NCBI GenBank assembly: GCA_965261545.1
Contig: CBDHDF010000011.1
Coordinates: 704,001 to 768,000 of the forward strand
Reading direction: 5' to 3'
Source: Bdellovibrionales bacterium
GTDB taxonomy: Bacteria > Bdellovibrionota > Bdellovibrionia > Bdellovibrionales > UBA1609
Length of the DNA stretch: 64,000 bases
A model generated the notes under the pieces. That model searched no databases and was not told where the DNA came from. It worked only from the letters and a program-made list of their open reading frames with translations. Positions within the stretch are counted from its first letter, which is position 1; each line of letters opens with the position of its first letter. Shown here piece after piece: positions 51,798 to 60,984 of the stretch. The translations under genes and the position numbers were made by a program.

Positions 51798-52982
51798 GTT
51801 TCTGTCCAGAAAGGCCCATTTTTTGTTCTCTGACACTCCCCATTGAGCCTCCCAATGCCTCAATGGGGGAGTGAGAGTTGGAGATTTGCCACACAAACTC
51901 TACAGATTAAGGGGAAAAAGGTCTTTAAGCGACTTGCGCCCTAGTTTTTTCGATTTGAAGACGCACCCCTACCTTTGGAAGATTTTAGCACCTTCGACCT
52001 GGTCCATTGCTGTTATTCCTAATGGATAAATTTAGGTGACAGTTGATAATTCATGTCTTGCCAAGACAACAAAATTATAGGCACAAACGGCATTCTTTAC
52101 ATACCTCTTAAAACCATCATGCCCTTTCCAGTAAGCAACTCTCATACCAAAACATCTCTTAAGGAATGAAATAACAGCCTCTATTCCGGCTCTCCAATTG
52201 AGAAGATTTTTAAAGACCCAAGCACTTTTAACCATCTTTAATATTTTCATTCCTTTTTTTTCTGGGAAGCAAACATCTTTAGCCCCCATCTCTTTGGCCT
52301 CTTCAAGATTTTCTTTTGAAGCAAACCCACCATCTGCACTTACTTTTACAGGGCAAGCCCCATAGGTTTGTGTCACTGAATTCATAACTTTTAAAAACAT
52401 ATCAGAGTCTGCGGGTGTTAGCTGACAATTAAAATGCCCCACCGTCGCCAATGAAAAGTGGCCACTTTTCAGAGGAGGACCTATGGTGATTTTTGGCATT
52501 GTCAACCGAGACGCATATAATCAATTGATATTACTCATAAAAAGGCTCCGAGCTGATAAGAACTCCTTTTGGGTTCTTGTCGACCTGGAAAGGGGCTCCG
52601 TGTTGGAGAGTCCTTCCATGACAGCCTATTCAGGTTCCATATTTCTCATTTGTAGACTGTTTCTGGATTTCAATGAGGTTAAATATATAGTCAAGAAAAG
52701 CCTGTTTAGGCTGTGCCCATTTTCTAAAGTATTTAAATTCCACAAGATTCCAACATTTGCCTCAATTTTCATGGAATTTCTTTTTGAAGACAGGCTTCCC
52801 TTAAAGCCGTCGCCAATTAAAATGTCCCACTTTCAATATGGAGGTTGTCGCCAATGAAAAGTGACCAATCTTCAGGGAGTGTTCAAATACTAGACAATGA
52901 AGTCTCTTCTTCTGATATAGATACTAAGCTCACAGAGTCCCTCCCTTTTGCAACTCAAAAGGTTAGCAATGAGGAGGATCTT

Positions 52983-54449
52983 ATGATTAGTCAATACACT
53001 TTCGGCCGCATTCGTGACCTGAGTCACAGTGGTAAAAATAAGACAGAAATATCTCGTGAATTAGGGATCAATCGTAAGACGGTGCGCAAGTACTGTAAGT
53101 CCAACACCCCACCGAAGTACAAGGCGAGGTCCAAAAGAACTCGCCCAGATCCCCTTAATGGATATATGGATCGGGTGAAGTACTTTTTGAAGTTGAACCC
53201 AAGTAACACCGCCCGTGAAATATATGAGCTATTAGTTGAGGAGGGTTATCGTGGGAGTGAGAGAACGGTTCAGAGAAGAGTTTGTGAGATTCTTGGTTCT
53301 CGCCCCAAGGAGCGTTTTTTCAGCCAAAGATATGATCCTGGAGAACAGGCTCAGTTTGATTTTAAGGAGAAGGTTGCTTTACCATTTGCCGATGGTGTTC
53401 AGATCGTTCATCTCCATTTTGGAACATTGCCTTGTAGTGGCACCTGTTGGGTTCGTGCCTACCCCTTTCTTGTCTATGAGTGTTTCATCGATGGGGTGCA
53501 TGCTTTTTTTGAAAAGATAGGTGGGATGAGTGCGAACATCCGTATTGATAATTTATCTCCCTGTGTGAAGAAAGTTCTTAAAGGAAATCAGCGAATTTAC
53601 ACCCAATCTTTTGATCGAGCCATCCAATACTATGGATTTAAGGTTCTTCCCTGCCGCGCAGGGAAGGGCTCTGACAAGGGAGATGTGGAGCGTGATATTC
53701 GAACCTTCAGTTCTCGGATAAAAAATATTGTTAGAAACAAAGGAATTGTTTTTAAAGACTGGGATCATTTGAATCAGTTTTTAGAGTCTTATATGGATCA
53801 GCATCAGAGTGACTCCACCAAATCTCGCTTTGAGGAGGAGGCCAAAGTTCTTAAGCCTTTGCCTCCACGAGATGAAGATATTCTCTGTAAGGTGAATATT
53901 TGTCAAAGTAATGGTTATGGGACTTTGAGAATAGGTAAAACCACATATTCCATACCTGATGAGGTGATCCAATCTCCCTGTAAAACCGTACAGGGTCCCT
54001 ATCATGTCACGATCTATCGTGCAGGAGGGAAGCAAGAAATTGTCGCTCGCCATCAAAGAAAACCTGATGGGGAGCATAGTCTTCTTCTTGAACATATCCT
54101 TCCCTCTTTAGTTCGTAAGCCGCAAGCCATGGTAAGATGGGCTCACCGATCCATTCTTTTTCCAACAAATGTGTTTGAAAATTTTTATCAATACCTCAAG
54201 CAACAAGATTCAAGCCGTGCCGAGCATGAATATTTAAGAGTTATCAACTTGATTCAGCATGTGAGTTGGCAGGACTTATCTACAGCCATGGAGCTTCAAT
54301 TAGAAAGTCGTGAGATTTTCGACTTTAAATCCATAAAAGATTTGCTCTTAGGAAATCCCACCAAAATTAATTTGAATGACCAACAAAAACCACTTCAACC
54401 TAGATTGTCTCAATATGACAGTCTTGTTCCAAACATAGGAGGTTCTTAA
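52983..54449 (+). CDS. istA: IS21 transposase
   Basis: Near-identical to copy 1. Confidence 0.95.
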   Translation: MISQYTFGRIRDLSHSGKNKTEISRELGINRKTVRKYCKSNTPPKYKARSKRTRPDPLNGYMDRVKYFLKLNPSNTAREIYELLVEEGYRGSERTVQRRVCEILGSRPKERFFSQRYDPGEQAQFDFKEKVALPFADGVQIVHLHFGTLPCSGTCWVRAYPFLVYECFIDGVHAFFEKIGGMSANIRIDNLSPCVKKVLKGNQRIYTQSFDRAIQYYGFKVLPCRAGKGSDKGDVERDIRTFSSRIKNIVRNKGIVFKDWDHLNQFLESYMDQHQSDSTKSRFEEEAKVLKPLPPRDEDILCKVNICQSNGYGTLRIGKTTYSIPDEVIQSPCKTVQGPYHVTIYRAGGKQEIVARHQRKPDGEHSLLLEHILPSLVRKPQAMVRWAHRSILFPTNVFENFYQYLKQQDSSRAEHEYLRVINLIQHVSWQDLSTAMELQLESREIFDFKSIKDLLLGNPTKINLNDQQKPLQPRLSQYDSLVPNIGGS

Positions 54450-55231
54450 TGAATCACGAAGAACTTATAGGTTCTCTTAAAAAACTCCGACTTCCAGCGA
54501 TGGCGGATGAATATGTTGCAACGGCTAGAGTTGCCGAAAAAACAAAAAAGACGTATGAACAGTATTTAGGTATACTCGTTCAAAATGAGCTTGCTGACAA
54601 GCATTCCCAGAGAGTGAAAAGATTGCTTAAGGGGGCCAAGCTTCCTCAACTTAAATCACTCCAAACTTATAACTTCCAGAAAAGAACGGGAGTGACAGCT
54701 CAGCAAATTAATTGGATGGCAGAGGGAGAGTGGGTCAGAAAAGCCTGTAATGTTGTGTTTTACGGAAGCTTTGGAATGGGGAAAAGTCATTTGGCCATGT
54801 CCCTAGTTCGTTCACTCTGTGAACAAGGCTATCGATGTTTATGGGTCACCACTCATGAACTTATTGAAACAATGCGTGAAAGCAAGAAAGAACTCTCATT
54901 GAATGCTCTTTTTAAGAAATTAGACCGTTTTGATCTTATTGCTTGTGATGAACTTGGCTATACAGCTTCCTGCACAGAGGGGGCAGATCTTTTCTTTCAA
55001 TTCATATCTCAGCGATATGAAAGGAAAAGTCTCATGATCACTACAAACTTAACATACTCTGAATGGGATAAGGTGTTTCTTAACCCTATTACCACCGCTG
55101 CTGCTGTTGATCGAATCATTCACAACTGTGAAACCCTCAACATTGAAGGAAAAGAAAGTTGGAGAACCGAATCGGCAAAAGCCAAGTCTAAACAGAGCAA
55201 AGAGGAAAGTTCAACCAAAGAAGTTCATTAG
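54449..55231 (+). CDS. istB: IS21 helper ATPase
   Basis: Same protein as copy 1. Confidence 0.95.
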   Translation: MNHEELIGSLKKLRLPAMADEYVATARVAEKTKKTYEQYLGILVQNELADKHSQRVKRLLKGAKLPQLKSLQTYNFQKRTGVTAQQINWMAEGEWVRKACNVVFYGSFGMGKSHLAMSLVRSLCEQGYRCLWVTTHELIETMRESKKELSLNALFKKLDRFDLIACDELGYTASCTEGADLFFQFISQRYERKSLMITTNLTYSEWDKVFLNPITTAAAVDRIIHNCETLNIEGKESWRTESAKAKSKQSKEESSTKEVH

Positions 55232-57193
55232 AGATCCCCACTTTTGGGGAAGGAACTCGCCAGTTATCCACAAAATTTATCCACAGCAGCACTGCGTTGC
55301 TAGACATCGGGGTCACAGCCGCAGTGTCGCCATGGATAAATTTATGGATAACTGGCTTTTACCGTACTATTTGCTCGTCACTCTCGCGGAGCTTTAGACA
55401 TTAGCTGCGCCAAGGAATCCTGAAAAATACTCCATTTACCTCTGCCATAGGGCTGAAGGATGCATTTGGGGTCATGCCAAAAGTGGTGGGCAGAAAATCA
55501 TTCCTCAGAATCTTGTGGCATAGTCCGAGTTAAATGATGAGCAAAATAAAGACACTTGACTAAACTCTGAACGAAGAATAACTAAATCAGTACATCATCA
55601 ACTGGCCGTTTTTCATTGGCGACGGCTTCTAAAAATGGCCAATTTTAATTGGCGCCTAACAGCGGGGTTGCCATCAGGGATCTGACAATCTAAAATCATG
55701 TTGCTTTGCCCTGAGGTCAAAAAGATTTTATGCCCAAACTCGACTTCTCTTTGCCCCTTTACAATAATGTCTGTATGCGGTTCAAAGATGGATAGGACCT
55801 TTTTTTCAGAAGATACTTTTTTCCCCTCAATAACTCTTTTTTGAGTTTGAAAGATGATTTTTTCCAGGTAGAAGGCAACATTTTCTAACTGTTTTAGACT
55901 CTTTTTCAAAGCATTCATCTTCACACATTTTTGTTCTTTTTTTATCTTTCTGATGGTATCAGGTAATCCTTTGTTCAATTTGGTAGCGATTTTTAAAAGC
56001 TCCTTATAGCAAGGTAGTCTTTCCGCATCATTTTTGGAATTATTAATTTTGTAAAGCAAGGTTTTTGCTCTCTTAAGATCTTCTCTTGAAATAAGTCGCC
56101 AAAAATCTTTCATGACATTTTTACGAACTTTTTTAAATTCTCTTTCTGTAACTCTTATGCAGTCATATAAAAGCGATGCATCCGTTGGATGATGAATATT
56201 TGATTTCGTCACTGTACTGTCCAATCTCATTTTCTTACACGGCTCAATCTTTTGATCTCTTGCATCTGAAACTAAAGAGGCGCTAATAATTCCCCAAGTT
56301 TCTTCACTTATTTGAACAATCAAGTCCTGTAAGGTGGAGTGAGCGTAATTTTCTTCCAATTCAAGGCCCAGAAAAGCTCTGGTGGATACTGAATCGACAA
56401 GATTAAAGGCTAACGCACGATAGGAAAGACCTCTTATGGATTTAAGAATAGCCACCTTGAGAACTTGCTCCGATGTCATACCAATATCACCAGAATCTTT
56501 CTTTTCTTTAACAAGGTCTTCATGAACCATATGGGCAAACTCTGGATGGCGATCAATGATGTTATTAATTTGCTGCAATTCTGTACTGAGTTGGTGGTTA
56601 GGATATTGGGAAAAGAGTCCCAACTGTGTCTTCTTCAAATGGCGCATAGTCCCCCCTTTGGTGAAAGTTTCTCTTTAATTTTTATATTAACATACGTTTT
56701 TTTGAGGGAAAAAAGTGAGCAAGGATGTCTTTTAAGAAGAAAAAAATCAGAGAGGTTCTCGGAGAACATGGATAAGAATTCTACCTCATAGAGAGGTTCC
56801 CACGCCTCCTAAAACCTACATAAAAAATAAATGAAGAATAAAATATCAAAAATTATTTCTCTGAAAAAACACGTCAAGTATTTTTTGAAGTTGATGCGCA
56901 ACGTAATGTTATTTCCCTGAAGGAGGTTTGAAATCACCACGGTGGAAACACAGGTTGATCCAACTCTTCCTCTCATATCAAGTAACCAGTTGATAGCCAC
57001 ATAAGTCACTGAAAGGGAGGGGCTGTGAAAGGTTCGTCAAGAGAGGGGGGGGAACTTATTTTATTTTTCCGTTTTATGTAAGTAACTGAATTTACACGGA
57101 TTATGTTTGATGGACTCCATTTTAAAGCATAAAATCTAAAGGGAAGGCATGTAAATACTTAAAACTACTTAACTTTCTTCCCTGGACAGGAAC

Positions 57194-58919
57194 TATTTAA
57201 CGACTCTATGGCGTTTGTGGTATAAAAAATCTTTCTGATTTCATCCGGATAATCGAAAATAGTGATGAGATTGTCCCAATTCCTACGCCAAGACTTTTCA
57301 ATATTCGGATACTTTGAAGACCACTTGGTACAAAATTCCTCAAGGGCCTTTTCAGCTTCTGTCAGAGTCGTAGAGCCATAAATGGACTTGAGGTCTTGGG
57401 CGACAGCTTTCATATCCTTGGAAGGAACATAGCGAAGGGAATTGCGGACCATATGGACAATGCACAGTTGTACTTTAGACTTGGGAAAAGCCGCTGAAAT
57501 GGCTTGAGGAAAACCTGTAAGACCATCTACAGAAAATATAAATACGTCTTTCAACCCTCGATTTTGCAGCTCAGTCAAAACACTCAACCAAAACTTTGAA
57601 CCCTCATTTTCAGAAATCCATAGGCCCAACAAGTCTTTCTGACCCTCCTCTGTAATACCAAGAGCTAGGTAAATCGCCTTATTAATAACTCTCTTGTCTT
57701 GATGGACCTTCACCACGATACAGTCCAAAAATACGATAGGGTAAGTGCTATCCAAGGGGCGGTTCTGCCAAGCCGTAACTTCATCAATAACAGCATCCGT
57801 CACGTTGGCTATCACTGAGTGGGATATCTCTGCACCATGGTAGAGGTCTTTGATAGCTCCTTGAATATCCCTGGTCGTCATTCCCCTCGCATAGAGGGTC
57901 AGAATACTGTCTTCAAAGCCCTCAAGACGAGTCTTGCCTTTGGGAATGACTTGGGGCTCAAAGGAGGCACTTCGGTCACGGGGGACCTGAAGCTCCACCT
58001 CGCCTTTCTCTCCCTTTATGGTCTTTCTACTGTAACCATTGCGAGTGTTGGATTTGCGGGTCTCAAACTTCTCATGCCTCTCATAACCTAGGTGATCGTC
58101 CATTTCCGCATTAAGAGCTGTCTCTAAAACAACCTTCATCAGTTGACCCGTTATGTCGGATAAATCCTTTTGGGTCTTGACGTTCTTCGCTAGTTCCTTG
58201 CCTATCGAGTAGGCAGTGGGAACTTCCCCCACTGCCCCTCACAGAACCGTGCTTGAAAGTCTCCCCTCACACGGCTCCTATGATTTTCCGTTTCATTAGG
58301 CTCCTCCTCAGCATAACCAAGTTGGCCTGACTACTTCCATAAATCATGTGACCCCTTCGCTCCATTCTCATTACAAGAACTTCATCACTACTACGAATCA
58401 CTCTGCCCCTGGTTGGTGGCATCGGTATTTAGCACTTCGGGGGTCTCCCTTATAGCGTTTCCCTTATCATCCACCAGCAGGTTCCCACGTTCCGATACGA
58501 AGCCTGTACTAGGTTCATGCCCCCTATACACCGCACGCCGTCTAGATCGGTCATCAGGCTTCCTCTAGACTTATCCCGACGGAGACAACCTTCCTTCGGT
58601 TTTGACGCGACTGTTAATCTTTCGATGCGTCGTCGGTGGGTTTGCTTTCGCTCATCTCCCTAGTACTTACATGACCGTTTACTACGGCCTTTTCCTTGCT
58701 CGCTCACTACAAGGGCCTTGCCTCCCATGCAGCAGCAAGGTTGTTTGCACTCAAATCCTGAAATCCGAGTGCGGAGGACCTACCTCCATCTTCACATCAG
58801 CATGTCACCTCCGTGACTTCGTGGCACACATTGTCTTGATATCCATTTTGCCTTCTCCTTTCAGGATGATAGTTCATCCTAATATGATTCGGCAGTTACA
58901 CAAAATAGTTTACAGGCTC
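57194..58919 (-). mobile_element. IS256 copy 3, intron-interrupted and 3'-truncated
   Basis: Left IR ends at 58919. The ORF is cut after AIESLNS by ISNCY. Confidence 0.93.
58204..58829 (-). ncRNA. ORF-less group II intron (626 nt)
   Basis: 5' GTGTG; domain III ...ggagcgaagggg; domain V GAGCCGTGTGAGGGGAGACTTTCAAGCACGGTTC; domain VI ending CTCGAT. Precise insertion without TSD. Confidence 0.95.
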
Positions 58920-59203
58920 AATCATTAACCTTTGAAAGACGAAACCCTCCCTAAGTTCATGAAAATTCAGCAAATACGGCCCTTTCCCACTTCAAACCAA
59001 CGTCAAGAAAACCTTGAAGATACGTCCAACTGACCTAGGTGTTTGTTGCGTATGTGTTGCGGAATCAAGGGCAAAAATCTTGTTGCGGCCGAGAACGCAA
59101 CAAGATTTACTCGCTTTGCTTTGTCAGTATTGATTGGGCTCGTGTTTGATCTCCAAGCCTTAGTGATTTGTTAAGATGACCTCTCTCGTATTTTGTAATA
59201 TAG

Positions 59204-59233
59204 TTTTTCAGTCTGACATTGGGGTCCACCTCA
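59204..59233 (+). mobile_element. Isolated IS3 terminal repeat
   Basis: tttttcagtctgacattggggtccacctca is the reverse complement of 15698-15727. Confidence 0.8.
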
Positions 59234-59383
59234 GTCTTATTGTGCGGAGCATAAGTTTGGTTGAGTTATATAAGTATTTGTAAATAATGAGTTATTTTTA
59301 TTTGTCGTCGCTATGTCATTGAGAAATCACAACATGAGCTTTGTGGGGTTCCCCTAAGTGGGCCAGATTATAAATCTTCACAT

Positions 59384-59465
59384 TTAACACATAAATTGTG
59401 ATAATTATGATGACAGGTGACCATTTAGATACGTATAATTAACACATAAATTGTGGTAATTATGA
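59384..59465 (+). promoter_or_regulatory. Paired palindromic operators of the abiE promoter
   Basis: ttaacacataaattgtgRtaattatga at 59384-59410 and 59439-59465, each an imperfect palindrome. Confidence 0.7.
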
Positions 59466-60043
59466 AATCTAAAGTAATCAGTCCAGATCAGGCTCTCTAT
59501 GAAGTTGCCTCACAGCAACAAGGGTATTTTACAACCAAGCAAGCTGAGTCTGCGGGTTACATCAGAGCCCATCACTCCTACCATGTCAAAGCAGGCCATT
59601 GGATTCGTGAAATGCGAGGGATTTATCATCTTGTAAAGTTTCCCCAAGATGGTGGAGATGCTCAACTTATTCTTTGGTACCTTTGGTCCAGAAGCCGGAA
59701 CGAAACTCCCCAAGGAGTTTATTCTCACGATACAGCACTCAGGGTCTATGATTTAAGTGATCTCATGCCATCGAAACTACACATGACAGTTCCATCCCAC
59801 TTTAGAAAGTTTAATGAAATTCCAAAAATTTTAGTTCTCCACAAGGCTTCACTTCTAAAATCGGATATCAGGCTTATAAGAGGGTTTGCAGTGACAACCC
59901 CTGTGCGGACAATTCTTGATCTTTTTGAATCAAACCACCTGGGAAAGGATATTCTTGTTCAAGCCGCCACCGAAGCCATTAAAAAAGGACTTATTCACCC
60001 AAAATATGAAGATAAAATAAAGAGAGTGATTGAAAATGAATAA
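59462..60043 (+). CDS. abiEi: Type IV toxin-antitoxin AbiEi-family antitoxin
   Basis: ASQQQGYFTTKQA, RGIY, SHDTAL, VTTPVRTILD. Confidence 0.88.
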   Translation: MKSKVISPDQALYEVASQQQGYFTTKQAESAGYIRAHHSYHVKAGHWIREMRGIYHLVKFPQDGGDAQLILWYLWSRSRNETPQGVYSHDTALRVYDLSDLMPSKLHMTVPSHFRKFNEIPKILVLHKASLLKSDIRLIRGFAVTTPVRTILDLFESNHLGKDILVQAATEAIKKGLIHPKYEDKIKRVIENE

Positions 60044-60066
60044 GTACAGAACTGCGACAGCTTTCT
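60036..60066 (+). pseudogene. Stub of the AbiEii toxin N-terminus
   Basis: Overlapping ATG gives MNKYRTATAF, resembling AbiEii starts; no long ORF follows. Confidence 0.5.
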
Positions 60067-60429
60067 TCCTGAATTCTACAAAAATGGTAACAAGGTTCAG
60101 GTCTAAAGTCTAGAAGCTGACTTCAGAACAAATATAACGTGGTTTCAGACCTCTTTTGAATTGAAAGAATTCAAAATCATTGTTACCATTGGTAACAATG
60201 TCTTATTTACATGAGCAAAAGAGAAACGGTAAAATTGTAACTGCTCACGGCTTGGCGATCTACTGCTGAATTTCACGAAATAGTCCCTATGGAGTGTCTC
60301 CCGATGGCGTCTTCAAATATCTGCTTTTGCATGGATTCTCCTTAAGTCGTCTTTCTTTGCCTAAATGAACTTCCAGATATGGCTACTTTGATGGATTGAG
60401 AGGTTATGCGATCCATAATAGCTTCACAG

Positions 60430-60712
60430 ATGACTTCCAGGAAATCATTCTGGACCGATACTCAGCGAGAAAAAGCACTCTTATTACCTCCAATCGTATC
60501 ATTGAAGATTGGGGAAAGTGTTTGGGCGATAATACCGTGGCCTCTGCCATCCTGGATCGCCTTCTCCACTGCAGCCAACTATTAAAATTTGAGGGAAAAA
60601 GCTACCGATTGAAGGAAGCTTCAAACCGACTTGTTAAGATAAAAAATTAAAGGTAGGGTGAGCCCATCTTGTCAGATCGCCCTAAATGGATGGTTTTGAT
60701 CCGCCCCTCGGG
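60430..60712 (+). mobile_element. istB: IS21 type B istB 3' fragment and right end
   Basis: Near-identical to the reverse complement of 6760-7066, with one end repeat missing. Confidence 0.9.
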
Positions 60713-60984
60713 ATCTATGGAAAGAAAATTTTTTACTTTTTTGGGAGAGCCTTGATTTCGTCTTCAGAAAGCCCTGTTGCTTCGGCTATCTCCAAAGCTT
60801 CCTGTCCTTTTAAAATCATCTTTAAAGCAATGGCCTCTCTCTCTTTCCTTCGCCCTTTTTCAAGCCCTTCTTCACGCCCTCTTTCAAGCCCTTTTTCAAG
60901 CCCTTCTTCACGCCCTCTTTCAAGCCCTTCTTCACGCCCTTTTTCACGCCCTCTTTCAAGCCCTTTTTCAAGCCCCTCTTCATG

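Larger units (their letters stand above)
52416..55661 (+). mobile_element. IS21-family (type A) copy 2
   Basis: Same ends as copy 1; 5-bp TSD gcggg. Confidence 0.95.
52032..56647 (-). pseudogene. ISNCY/IS5-like transposase split by IS21
   Basis: Break at DGNPA|DSD. Confidence 0.9.
51798..57193 (-). mobile_element. ISNCY/IS5-like element copy 2 with nested IS21
   Basis: Reverse complement of copy 1. Flanks tagata and tattta do not match. Confidence 0.92.

Noticed and set aside
51769..51894. Apparently extended Cas2 N-terminus
   Set aside because: Derived from the ISNCY end; the same peptide appears at 42071.
60840..60984. 12-bp tandem repeats as a CRISPR or VNTR element
   Set aside because: These encode the GREEG/GLEKG repeats typical of Rpn C-termini.
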